64,000 bases of DNA from Gemmatimonadota bacterium (GCA_040388535.1 JAZKBR010000008.1:94524-158523), one strand, 5' to 3'; numbered from the stretch's first letter, positions 11,181-20,207 are shown. Notes: generated by a model from the letters alone, not told the origin. Program-made: numbers and translations.

Positions 11181-11376
11181 CGCTGATCCTGTCGCGGGTG
11201 CGGGGTGCTGGGCCAGCCCGGAATCTAGCCAGAGGTACCCCCGGACCGGCCAGCCTCAGGTTTTTGCGTCCGGGGTCCGATAGTGAGGGTAGAGCACAAC
11301 CACCCGGGGAGCGTTCCAGCACCCCACCCGAAGGCCCGCGTCAGGTTTTCCTGCCGCGGGCCCTTCTTCTTCCCCC

Positions 11377-11949
11377 TCAGGCCGCCTCATCGGGGCGGGG
11401 GAAGAGGTCGATCTGCGGCGGGTGCAGCGGCAGCCCGCTCGCCAGCAGCACCTCGTCGACCCAGCCCTCACGACCGCCGCGATCGAGCAGGTGACAGGAG
11501 ACCCCGAGGTCGCGGGCGAGGTCGTCGATCACGGCGTCGATGTCGTGCTGGAAACCTTCGTTGACGTCGCGCTTGCCGTCGAACGATGGCGCCGCAGTGA
11601 TGGGGACCTTGAAAAGGCCGCTGTAACTCCGGACCCACTCGCGCACCAGCGCGTCGTAGGCCGGCTGCCGCCCCGCCTGATGGACGAGGTAGGCGTAATT
11701 GTCGAGCACCGACCGATCGCAGATCACGATGTCGCTCTCTGCCTCGGCGGCAATTTCCCGCGCGATCTGGGTGTGGAGGATCCACGCCTGCGCCTGCAGC
11801 GTGGTGTCACGATTGATCGGCAAAGGAGAGCTGCGCGCCACTTCGGCCACGAGGTCGACGGCGCGATCCTGCCGCTTGAGCCGCGCTGCGAGGTCGTAGC
11901 AGAGCGTGGTCTTGCCGACGCCGTGCGAACCGATGAACGCGATCTTCAC
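11377..11949 (-). CDS. P-loop NTPase of the NadR/Ttd14 (AAA_28), nucleotide-kinase-like type
   Basis: GTG start at 11949, (M)KIAFIGSHGVGKTT Walker A, VICDRSVLDNYAY (dNMP-kinase-like DRS motif); GTGA overlap with the upstream phosphatase. Confidence 0.75.
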   Translation of the reverse strand: MKIAFIGSHGVGKTTLCYDLAARLKRQDRAVDLVAEVARSSPLPINRDTTLQAQAWILHTQIAREIAAEAESDIVICDRSVLDNYAYLVHQAGRQPAYDALVREWVRSYSGLFKVPITAAPSFDGKRDVNEGFQHDIDAVIDDLARDLGVSCHLLDRGGREGWVDEVLLASGLPLHPPQIDLFPRPDEAA

Positions 11950-12809
11950 GACTGCGGAATCGCCCGACCGATGATGATCGTGATGTTGTCGGAGCCACCA
12001 TCGTCGAGTGCCATCTGCAGCAGCTGTTCGCAACACTGTTGTGCCGAGGTCATGGTGCGGAGGCACTCGGCGATCTGCTCGTCGGAAACGTGCTTGGTGA
12101 GTCCGTCGGTGCAGAGCAGGTGGACGTTGTGCCAGTCGGCCTTGAGCCGCGTGATCACCGGAGCAGTGGCGTGGCCACCAATGGAGCTCGAGAGAACGTT
12201 CGCGAACTGCGATCGCGCGGCAACGGCCCGAGTGAAGACTCCCTGGTCCACCAGGTCCTGCGCGATGGTCTGGTCGCGGGTCACCTGAGTGAGGCGTGCG
12301 TCGCGGTAGAGGTAGTAGCGCGAGTCGCCCACCTGCAGCAGGTAGTACCAGGGCCAGACCCCGAGCCAGAGGGTGAGGGTCGTGGCCATGCTGCTCCCCT
12401 CGGCCTCACCGCCGGCGCGCTCGACCACGGCCTCGTGCGACCGGAGGGCGGTATCCTGCAGCGTGTCGGTGAAGCTGTCCTCGGTGCTGCTGTGCTGGTC
12501 GTGGCAGTCGATGGTCGAGAGGAGGTACTTGGTCGCCACTTCGAGGGTGGTCGCGCTGGCCTCCTCGCCGCCCTGTCCACCTCCCACGCCGTCGGCGACC
12601 ATGGCGATGAAGGCCATCCGCCGGTCGGCCAGCGGGAGCCGGTCCTGTTCAGAGAGATTGGTCTGCAAGACGCTGAGGCGTTTCTGCACCGACGCCAGGA
12701 GGAAATGATCCTGGTTCTGCTTGCGGACCTTGCCGACGTGGGAGAGCCCGAAGACGTCGAGTTCTTCGTCGCGCGGCTTGCGGTCGGGGGTGGCGGGTGT
12801 GGGGGGCAT
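11946..12809 (-). CDS. PP2C/PPM-family Ser/Thr protein phosphatase
   Basis: SHVGKVRKQNQD, VADGVGG, ATTLT, QVGDSR, LCTDGL and GGSDNITII motifs; start at MPPTPATPD (12809). Confidence 0.9.
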   Translation of the reverse strand: MPPTPATPDRKPRDEELDVFGLSHVGKVRKQNQDHFLLASVQKRLSVLQTNLSEQDRLPLADRRMAFIAMVADGVGGGQGGEEASATTLEVATKYLLSTIDCHDQHSSTEDSFTDTLQDTALRSHEAVVERAGGEAEGSSMATTLTLWLGVWPWYYLLQVGDSRYYLYRDARLTQVTRDQTIAQDLVDQGVFTRAVAARSQFANVLSSSIGGHATAPVITRLKADWHNVHLLCTDGLTKHVSDEQIAECLRTMTSAQQCCEQLLQMALDDGGSDNITIIIGRAIPQS

Positions 12810-12919
12810 GCGGTAGGCCTCAAACGCCAGCGAGAGCGGCGATATAAGTGTTCCGGCGAGGATGGCTGAAGTTAACCCCGCCTCAGGGAGGGTGTGGGGG
12901 CTGTCGCGCCCACGCCACG

Positions 12920-12948
12920 TTGACGCCAGCGGTCCGATTCCGTAGCGT
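12920..12948 (+). promoter_or_regulatory. Candidate sigma-70 promoter of the PHI-1-like lipoprotein gene
   Basis: TTGACG-N17-TAGCGT, 66 bp upstream of ATG 13015. Confidence 0.5.
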
Positions 12949-13014
12949 GCAGTTAACCCGTTACTGACATATCGGCTCCGGAGCCGACACCTCACCTCCA
13001 CCCTGGAGTTCCGC

Positions 13015-14028
13015 ATGGCGTTGCGTACTCGTCTGACCCTGGGCCTCGCCGGACTGGCCGCCCTGGCCGCCTGCTCCGAATCGGCACCGACTGCGAGCGA
13101 CCCGGTCGCCACCCCGGTGTTCAACAATGCCTCGGATAAGGCCGGTGACAATCCGGTGAAGCACCTCTTCGAGACGCGGAACTCGCCGGCGATTGCTGCT
13201 GCGAGGGCGAAGCCGGGCGGTGGCACCGGGATCAGCTATCACGGCGGTCCGGTCCTCCAGGCCGCGACGAAGGTGGTGGCGATCTACTGGGCCAGCTCGC
13301 CGATCTACAACAACGGACCGGCGGCCGGGACGTTCAGCACCTCCGGCAACAGCGGGGACAATTCGCTGGTTGGTCACTTCATGCGCAATCTTGGTGGGTC
13401 ACCCTACTTCAACATCAACACCACCTACAAGAACAGCGCCGGCACCGCCATCAACAACATCGTGACCTACACCGGCTTCTGGGCGAACAACACCTCGGCG
13501 CCAACCGGCACGGCCAATGTCACGGACGCCCAGATGCTGTCGATGCTGTCGAGCGGCTTCACGAGCGGCAAGCTGGTGTACGATGCCAACACGCTCTACA
13601 TCGTTTTCACGTCGGGGAAAGTGAATCTCGGTGGCGGTTTCGGAACCCAGTACTGCGGCTACCACACCCATGGCAATGTCAGCACGCCCGCGGGCACCAA
13701 GGTCGCGCTCTATTCGGCGATGCCCTACGACTACGCCTATCCGTCGGCCTGCACCAACGGGACGGCGGCGCCGAACGGCGATGCGGGTGCCGACAACGAA
13801 GTCTCGGTCCTGGCACACGAGATCGAGGAGACCACAACCGACCCGATGGGGAACGCGTGGTACGACAACCGTGGCTATGAGAACGCCGACAAGTGCGCGT
13901 GGAACTTCGGGACCACGTACAGCAACGGCACCGGCATCGCCAACATGAAGCTCGGCGGAAAGGATTTCCTGGTGCAGCAGAACTGGATCAACTCGGGCAC
14001 CGGCGGCTGCCGGCTGAGCTGGCCCTGA
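13015..14028 (+). CDS. Lipoprotein resembling the phosphate-induced protein 1 (PHI-1/EXORDIUM) family
   Basis: Lipobox LAALAAC; ISYHGGPVL, YCGYH, APNGDAGAD, LAHEIEETTTDP, ENADKC and FLVQQNW patterns recalled from PHI-1-like proteins. Confidence 0.65.
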   Translation: MALRTRLTLGLAGLAALAACSESAPTASDPVATPVFNNASDKAGDNPVKHLFETRNSPAIAAARAKPGGGTGISYHGGPVLQAATKVVAIYWASSPIYNNGPAAGTFSTSGNSGDNSLVGHFMRNLGGSPYFNINTTYKNSAGTAINNIVTYTGFWANNTSAPTGTANVTDAQMLSMLSSGFTSGKLVYDANTLYIVFTSGKVNLGGGFGTQYCGYHTHGNVSTPAGTKVALYSAMPYDYAYPSACTNGTAAPNGDAGADNEVSVLAHEIEETTTDPMGNAWYDNRGYENADKCAWNFGTTYSNGTGIANMKLGGKDFLVQQNWINSGTGGCRLSWP

Positions 14029-14055
14029 TCTGAGGCTGTAGCAGGGCTGATTTCG

Positions 14056-14097
14056 GCCACGCCCCTCGGGAACCAATCCCGGGGGGCGTGGCACTTT
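14056..14097 (+). terminator. Probable intrinsic terminator after the PHI-1-like gene
   Basis: 15-bp stem GCCACGCCCCTCGGG / CCCGGGGGGCGTGGC (one G-U pair), 7-nt loop, followed by ACTTT. Confidence 0.6.
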
Positions 14098-14116
14098 CGG
14101 GCTATATTCACGGAGC

Positions 14117-14872
14117 ATGTTCCCCTACCGAGACGACAATCCTGCGATCCTGACCCCGGTGGTCACGGTCGGCCTGATCGCGGCGAATCTCGCGGTCTGG
14201 ATCGTCTTTCAGGGGATGGGGGTCGACCAACGCCTGGCCGCTTCAGTTTGCGAGCTGGGGCTGATTCCCGGCGACCTCTTGCACCGGCTCCCGGTCGGCT
14301 ACTCCTTCCCGGTCGGGAACGGTATGGCCTGCGTGGTCGAGTCCGGGCAGGCGTGGAAGACGGTGATCACCTCGATGTTCCTGCACGGTGGCTGGCTCCA
14401 CGTGCTGGGGAACTGCTGGTATCTCTGGGTCTTCGGCAACAACGTCGAGGACGCGATGGGGCATTTCCGCTTCCTCGCCTTCTACCTCGTCTGCGGCATC
14501 GCTGCGGCGGCGGCGCAGATCGTGGCCGACCCCGGCAGCGCCGTCCCGATGGTCGGGGCAAGCGGCGCCATCAGCGGAGTGATGGGCGCATATGTGGTCC
14601 TCTATCCGCGAGTGCGGGTGCACACCCTCGTGGTGCTGGTGGTCCTCTTCTTCCGGATGACCTTCCCGGCGTGGGCCGTACTCGGACTTTGGTTCCTGAC
14701 CCAGATCCTGAATTCACGGATCGAAGGGCAGGTGGGTGGCGTCGCCGTGATGGCCCACATCGGCGGTTTCCTTGCCGGCGCCCTGCTGATCTTTCTCTTT
14801 CGCAGTCCCGCATTGCTGGAGCGCCGCGCCCGTCTGCTGGCGACGCGTACCATGGAGGGATTTGCCCGATGA
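14117..14872 (+). CDS. Rhomboid family intramembrane serine protease
   Basis: MFLHGGWLHVLGN, GASGAI (catalytic Ser) and AHIGG (catalytic His). Confidence 0.9.
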   Translation: MFPYRDDNPAILTPVVTVGLIAANLAVWIVFQGMGVDQRLAASVCELGLIPGDLLHRLPVGYSFPVGNGMACVVESGQAWKTVITSMFLHGGWLHVLGNCWYLWVFGNNVEDAMGHFRFLAFYLVCGIAAAAAQIVADPGSAVPMVGASGAISGVMGAYVVLYPRVRVHTLVVLVVLFFRMTFPAWAVLGLWFLTQILNSRIEGQVGGVAVMAHIGGFLAGALLIFLFRSPALLERRARLLATRTMEGFAR

Positions 14873-15903
14873 GTTCCGTCGATACCAGGCCTCCGCGCGT
14901 CGCGCGCGGCGCCACTGTCTATCCCTCGCGTGAAGCTGCGCCTCCCGCCGGGCACCTGCCGCGAAATCCCGGGATGCCGCTCGACCTCGCGTGGGTGCGC
15001 GACACCCGGGTCAACCGGAGCGCTGTCGAACGACGCGCGGCGACCATCCCCACGCGCCGGTCGGTGAAGACCACCTTCCAGGCAGGCTGGTTGCTTCGCG
15101 CGATCACGCTGATGGACCTCACCACGCTGCAGGGCGATGACACCGCGGGCCGGGTGCGCCGACTCTGCGCCAAGGCGCGCCAGCCTGTGCGCCCTGACAT
15201 CCTCGCCGACCTCGGGATGAACGAGGTGCCGATCAAGGTCGCTGCGGTTTGTGTCTATCACGCGTATGTGCAGACGGCGGTGGATGCGCTCGAGGGGAGT
15301 GGCATTCCGGTGGCGGCGGTCTCGACGGGATTCCCTGCGGGGCTGTCGCCGATGAAGACGCGGATCGCCGAGATCGAGGCATCGGTTGCCGATGGCGCCG
15401 AAGAAATCGACATCGTGATCACCCGGTCGCACGTCCTCACCGGCAACTGGCAGGCGCTCTACGACGAGGTCCGCGCCTTCCGCGAGGCGTGCGGCAACGC
15501 GCACCTCAAGGCGATCCTCGGCACCGGCGAGCTCGCGACCCTGAAGGACGTCGCGCGGGCGTCGGTCGTGGCGATGCAGGCCGGCGCCGATTTCGTGAAG
15601 ACCTCCACGGGCAAGGAGCCGGTCAACGCGATTCTGCCCGTCGGCGTGGTGATGGCGCGCGCGGTGCGCGAATATCACGACCGCACCGGTCACTACGTGG
15701 GATTCAAGCCGGCCGGTGGCATCCGGAAGGCCAAGGAATCGCTCGACTGGCTCGCGATGATGAAGGAAGAACTCGGCGACCGCTGGCTGCGCCCCGATCT
15801 CTTCCGGTTTGGTGCCTCCTCGCTGCTTACCGACATCGAGCGGCAGCTGGAGCATCATCTGACCGGAAGATATTCGGCGAATCATCGGCATCCGCTTGCC
15901 TGA
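14869..15903 (+). CDS. deoC: Deoxyribose-phosphate aldolase (long type); start may instead be Met at 14974
   Basis: MDLTTL, VSTGFP, FVKTSTGK, GFKPAGGI and RFGAS motifs. Confidence 0.92.
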   Translation: MSSVDTRPPRVARGATVYPSREAAPPAGHLPRNPGMPLDLAWVRDTRVNRSAVERRAATIPTRRSVKTTFQAGWLLRAITLMDLTTLQGDDTAGRVRRLCAKARQPVRPDILADLGMNEVPIKVAAVCVYHAYVQTAVDALEGSGIPVAAVSTGFPAGLSPMKTRIAEIEASVADGAEEIDIVITRSHVLTGNWQALYDEVRAFREACGNAHLKAILGTGELATLKDVARASVVAMQAGADFVKTSTGKEPVNAILPVGVVMARAVREYHDRTGHYVGFKPAGGIRKAKESLDWLAMMKEELGDRWLRPDLFRFGASSLLTDIERQLEHHLTGRYSANHRHPLA

Positions 15904-15911
15904 AGGCAGGA

Positions 15912-15981
15912 GAATGGATGACGGATGGTGGATGACAGATGACATGATCCGTCATCCACCATCTGTCATCCGTCATCATTC
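15912..15981. repeat. Inverted array of GATGAC(G/A)/GATGGTG heptamers forming an intercistronic hairpin
   Basis: Left arm GAATG-GATGACG-GATGGTG-GATGACA-GATGAC; reverse complement of right arm GAAT-GATGACG-GATGACA-GATGGTG-GATGAC. Confidence 0.9.
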
Positions 15982-16014
15982 AACGTCTTAACGAATTACC
16001 GTGAGTGTGAAGCC

Positions 16015-18396
16015 ATGACCTCTGTCCGCGACGCATTCGAATCCATGGCCTGGGGCCCGGCGCCGGAATCGCCAGCGCAGGCAATCGAATGGCTCGAGCG
16101 CCATCATCGCCGCTTCGGCCATTTCGTGGCCGGCGCGTGGACGGCGCCGGCCGACACCTTCGTGGTGTCGAACCCGGCGACCAGCGCCGAACTCGCGCAG
16201 GTGAGCCAGGCGAGCGAGATCGATGTCGACCTCGCGGTGGCCGCGGCGCGGGCGGCATTGCCAGGATGGAAAGCGCTCGGTGGGCACGGTCGTGCTCGCT
16301 GGCTCTATGCCATCGCGCGCGGCATCCAGCGCAACGCGCGGCTCTTCTCGGTGGTGGAGTCCCTCGACAACGGCAAGCCTATTCGTGAATCCCGCGACAT
16401 CGACATTCCGCTCGTGGCGCGACACTTCTATCACCACGCCGGCTGGGCGCAGTTGCTCGACAAGGAATTTCCGGGGATGGAAGCGGTCGGCGTGGTGGGC
16501 CAGGTGATTCCCTGGAACTTCCCGCTGCTGATGATGGCGTGGAAGATTGCTCCCGCGATCGCAGCCGGAAATACGGTCGTGCTCAAGCCGGCGGAGTTCA
16601 CGCCACTGACCGCCCTCTGCTTCGCCGACCTGCTGCACGACATCGGCTTCCCGCCGGGCGTCGTGAACATCATCACGGGCGACGGTCGCACTGGCGCCGC
16701 GCTGGTGAATCACATCGGGGTCGACAAGGTCGCCTTCACCGGCTCGACCGATGTCGGCCGCGCGATCCGCGGCGCCACCGCAGGCAGCGGCAAGAAGCTC
16801 ACCCTCGAACTCGGCGGCAAGTCGCCGTTCATCGTCTTTGATGACGCCGATATGGATTCGGTGGTCGAAGGCGTGGTCGACGCGATCTGGTTCAATCAGG
16901 GGCAGGTCTGCTGCGCCGGCTCGCGCATCCTCGCGGCCGAGAGCATTGCCGATCGATTGGTGGAGAAGCTGCGCGCCCGGATGGAGACGCTGCGCGTGGG
17001 CTCGCCGCTCGACAAGGCGGTCGACATCGGCGCGATCGTGGCACCGGTGCAGCTCGCCCGCATCGATGAACTCGTGAAGCAGGGAATCGCCGAGGGCTCC
17101 ACCTGCTGGCAGCCGTCGTGGAGCGTGCCGACCGAAGGACTCTTCTATCCGCCGACACTGTTCACCAACGTGTCGCCGGCGGCTACGGTGGCGCAGATCG
17201 AGATCTTCGGACCGGTCGTGGTGCTGATGACCTTCCGCACGCCCGATGAAGCGGTCGAGATCGCCAACAACACCCGGTACGGACTGGCGGCGTCGCTCTG
17301 GAGCGAGAACATCAACCTCGCGCTCGACCTCGCGCCGCGGCTCAAGGCCGGCACGGTCTGGATCAACTGCACCAATGTCTTCGATGCTGCGGCCGGTTTC
17401 GGTGGCTATCGCGAGAGTGGATACGGGCGTGAGGGTGGCAGGGAGGGGATGTACGAGTATCTGAGATCTTCGCACGGCAAGCGTGCTGAACGAGAAGCGA
17501 GAAGCGAGAAGCGAGAAGCGATTGGCTCCGATGCGGTGGCGAGCGCCGATGGCCTGCCCGGGGTGGATCGCACTCCGAAGCTCTACATCGGTGGCAAGCA
17601 GGCGCGGCCCGATTCCGGCTACTCGTTGCCGGTCCACGGGGCCAAGGGCGAGGTGATCGCCGAGATCGGGCGTGGCAACCGGAAGGACATCCGCAATGCG
17701 GTGGAAGCGGCACACGCCGCGTCGAAGTGGGGGAAAGGTACGGCGCACCTGCGCGCGCAGGTGCTCTACTACATCGGCGAGAATCTCGCAGCGCGTCGGG
17801 AAGAGTTCGCGGCGCGGCTCACTGCCATCAGCGGCAAGGCGGGCGGCGCCGCCGAAGTCGAGGCAGCGATCCAGCGCTGCTTCACCTGGGCGGCCTGGGC
17901 CGACAAGTACGACGGCGCCGTGCACCACACACCGCTTCGCAATGTGACGCTCGCGATGCCGGAGCCACTCGGCGTCATCGGCATTGCCTGTCCTGATGAG
18001 GCACCGCTGCTCGGGTTCGTCTCAACCGTGCTCCCGGCGATCGCGATGGGGAACAGCGTCGTCGCGATCCCGTCCGAGGTGGCGCCACTCCTGGCCACCG
18101 ACCTCTACCAGATCTTCGATACCTCCGACTTGCCTGGTGGTGTGGTCAATATCGTCACCGGCCTGCGCAAGGAACTGCTCACGGCGCTCGCCGGACACGA
18201 TGACGTCGATGCGATCTGGGTCTTCGCGACACGCGCCGAGGCGACTGAGGCCGAGAAGCTCTCGGCCGGCAACATGAAGCGCACCTGGACCGAGTGGACG
18301 GTGCGCAACTGGGCCGACCCCGCCGATGGTGAGGGAACCGAGTTCCTGCGTCACGCAACGCAGGTGAAGAACATCTGGGTGCCGTACGGCGCCTGA
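16015..18396 (+). CDS. Two-domain aldehyde dehydrogenase (ALDH16-like; complete N-terminal ALDH plus truncated C-terminal ALDH domain)
   Basis: IPWNFP, FTGST, LELGGKS (Glu), NQGQVCCAGS (catalytic Cys), EIFGPV, FGGYRESG; second partial domain from TPKLYIGG. Confidence 0.92.
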   Translation: MTSVRDAFESMAWGPAPESPAQAIEWLERHHRRFGHFVAGAWTAPADTFVVSNPATSAELAQVSQASEIDVDLAVAAARAALPGWKALGGHGRARWLYAIARGIQRNARLFSVVESLDNGKPIRESRDIDIPLVARHFYHHAGWAQLLDKEFPGMEAVGVVGQVIPWNFPLLMMAWKIAPAIAAGNTVVLKPAEFTPLTALCFADLLHDIGFPPGVVNIITGDGRTGAALVNHIGVDKVAFTGSTDVGRAIRGATAGSGKKLTLELGGKSPFIVFDDADMDSVVEGVVDAIWFNQGQVCCAGSRILAAESIADRLVEKLRARMETLRVGSPLDKAVDIGAIVAPVQLARIDELVKQGIAEGSTCWQPSWSVPTEGLFYPPTLFTNVSPAATVAQIEIFGPVVVLMTFRTPDEAVEIANNTRYGLAASLWSENINLALDLAPRLKAGTVWINCTNVFDAAAGFGGYRESGYGREGGREGMYEYLRSSHGKRAEREARSEKREAIGSDAVASADGLPGVDRTPKLYIGGKQARPDSGYSLPVHGAKGEVIAEIGRGNRKDIRNAVEAAHAASKWGKGTAHLRAQVLYYIGENLAARREEFAARLTAISGKAGGAAEVEAAIQRCFTWAAWADKYDGAVHHTPLRNVTLAMPEPLGVIGIACPDEAPLLGFVSTVLPAIAMGNSVVAIPSEVAPLLATDLYQIFDTSDLPGGVVNIVTGLRKELLTALAGHDDVDAIWVFATRAEATEAEKLSAGNMKRTWTEWTVRNWADPADGEGTEFLRHATQVKNIWVPYGA
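17491..17520 (+). repeat. Intragenic heptamer repeat (CGAGAAG)4 plus CG in the ALDH interdomain linker
   Basis: Read directly; encodes REARSEKREA. Confidence 0.9.
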
Positions 18397-18439
18397 CCCC
18401 GGGCACCCGACGTTTCTCCAGCGCCATCGCGCCTTCGCG

Positions 18440-20188
18440 GTGGCGGTCGCCTACCTGCTCTTCGGCCTGCTCTGGATCTCCTACTCCGACGCAGCGGTCG
18501 AATCACTCGCTAGCGATCCCGACACCCTGACCCGGCTCCAGAACTGGAAGGGGTGGTTCTTCGTCTGTGTGACCGCAGTCGCGGTCTATTTCCTCGTGCG
18601 CGGTGCACTGAGCGCCGAACGCAAACTGAGTCGCTCACTGGGCGAGGCCGAGGCACGGCTGCGGCTGGTGCTCGACACGATCCCGAGTCGCGTGCTCTGG
18701 AAGGACCGCCACAGCCGGTACCTCGGTGGCAACCTCCGTTTTGCGAAGGACGCCGGGCTCGCCGATCCTGCCGAGCTCGTCGGGCTCTCCGATACCGACT
18801 TGCTCTGGGGCGGCGATGCGGCACGACTGCAGGAATCGGATCGCAAGATCGTGAGCGGCGAGGTCACCCATCTCGAATACGAACTGATCATCCCCTCGCC
18901 AGAGGGGCAACCGCGCCACGTGCAGGTTACCAAAGTGCCGCTTCCCGGACCCGATGGGGAGATCGCCGGGGTACTCGCGAGTTACGAGGACAACACCGCG
19001 CAGCGTCTCGCGGAGCGGCAGCTGCATCACGCCCAGAAACTGCGCGCCATCGGCGAGCTGACGAGTGGCGTGACCCACGATTTCAAGAACGTGCTCTCGG
19101 TCATCATCGCGAACGGCGAACTGGTCGCGCGAACCCTCCCGGTCGACTCCGAGGAAGCGGTAGCGATGAGCGACCTCCTCGCGGCCTCACAAGGTGCCGT
19201 GGGAATGGTCCGCAAGCTCCTCGGCTTCTCGCGTGAGGGCGATCTGGTCTTCGGCGCGGTCGATCTCCGACCGGTGGTGCGCGACCTGGCGCCGATGCTG
19301 TCGCGACTGCTGGCCGGCCAGCACCAGCTCGAGGTTGCGATTCCGCAGGAGCTGCCACTGATCTTCGCCGATCCGGATGCGGTCGAGCAGATGCTGCTGA
19401 ATCTCATCACCAATGCGCGCGACGCGATGCCGGACGGCGGGGCGATTCGCCTCGAGCTCTTTGGGCCGGGCGACGGCTGGGACGAGGATCTGTCGGCGCG
19501 CGTGCTCGGTACCGAAGACGAAGTCCTCGTGGGGAACGTCGTCACGGTGCGCGTGAGCGACACGGGCTGCGGCATGAGTCCCGACGTAGCCGAGCGCGTG
19601 CTGGAGCCATTTTTCTCGACCAAGCCGATCGGGCAGGGGACCGGGCTCGGGCTCTCGATGGTATATGGCCTGATGCGGCAGCACGGCGGCTATGTGACGT
19701 TGCGCACCGCGCCCGGCAAAGGCGCCTCCTTCGGGCTCCACTTCCCGGTGCTCACCGAGGACGCACCACTGCGCGAGCGGCGTCGACGGCCGCAAGTGGT
19801 ACAGCTTGCGCGGGGGAGCGAGACGATCCTGCTCGTCGATGATCAGGAAGAATTGCGCCGCACCGGCAGTCGCGTGCTCCGCCGCTACGGGTACACCGTG
19901 CTCGAAGCAACAAATGGGGCCGAGGCGCTGGCCATCTGGCGCGAACGGCGGAGTGAGATCGCCCTCGTGCTGACGGACTACATCATGCCCGAGATGCATG
20001 GGCTCAATCTGGTGCGCGAGCTGCGGGCGATCGATCCGCGGGTCTGCGTTGCGCTCTCGAGCGGCCACGCCGATGTGATGGACGCCGCAGGAAACGAGAG
20101 CAGTACCGCCGTGCCGATGATCGCGAAGCCGTGGTCGCTGGAAGAGCTGGTGACTGGCGTCAGGGACGTGCTCGACGGCCGACGGTGA
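18440..20188 (+). CDS. Hybrid sensor histidine kinase (2 TM, PAS/PAC, HisKA, HATPase, receiver)
   Basis: GVTHDFKN H-box, LLNLITNARDAM N-box, DTGCG, GTGLGL; receiver ILLVDD...LTDYIMP. Confidence 0.9.
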   Translation: MAVAYLLFGLLWISYSDAAVESLASDPDTLTRLQNWKGWFFVCVTAVAVYFLVRGALSAERKLSRSLGEAEARLRLVLDTIPSRVLWKDRHSRYLGGNLRFAKDAGLADPAELVGLSDTDLLWGGDAARLQESDRKIVSGEVTHLEYELIIPSPEGQPRHVQVTKVPLPGPDGEIAGVLASYEDNTAQRLAERQLHHAQKLRAIGELTSGVTHDFKNVLSVIIANGELVARTLPVDSEEAVAMSDLLAASQGAVGMVRKLLGFSREGDLVFGAVDLRPVVRDLAPMLSRLLAGQHQLEVAIPQELPLIFADPDAVEQMLLNLITNARDAMPDGGAIRLELFGPGDGWDEDLSARVLGTEDEVLVGNVVTVRVSDTGCGMSPDVAERVLEPFFSTKPIGQGTGLGLSMVYGLMRQHGGYVTLRTAPGKGASFGLHFPVLTEDAPLRERRRRPQVVQLARGSETILLVDDQEELRRTGSRVLRRYGYTVLEATNGAEALAIWRERRSEIALVLTDYIMPEMHGLNLVRELRAIDPRVCVALSSGHADVMDAAGNESSTAVPMIAKPWSLEELVTGVRDVLDGRR

Positions 20189-20207
20189 GCGGGATGGATC
20201 CCGAGGG

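Noticed and set aside
11240-11300. c-di-GMP-I riboswitch suggested by GGACGCAAA on the minus strand
   Set aside because: The preceding GGCAAAC...GAAA P2 hairpin is missing; only the short core matches
12810-13014. PHO box upstream of the 'phosphate-induced protein 1'-like gene
   Set aside because: No 11-bp-period GTCAC/GTAAC run; the family name comes from plant expression data and does not imply PhoB control
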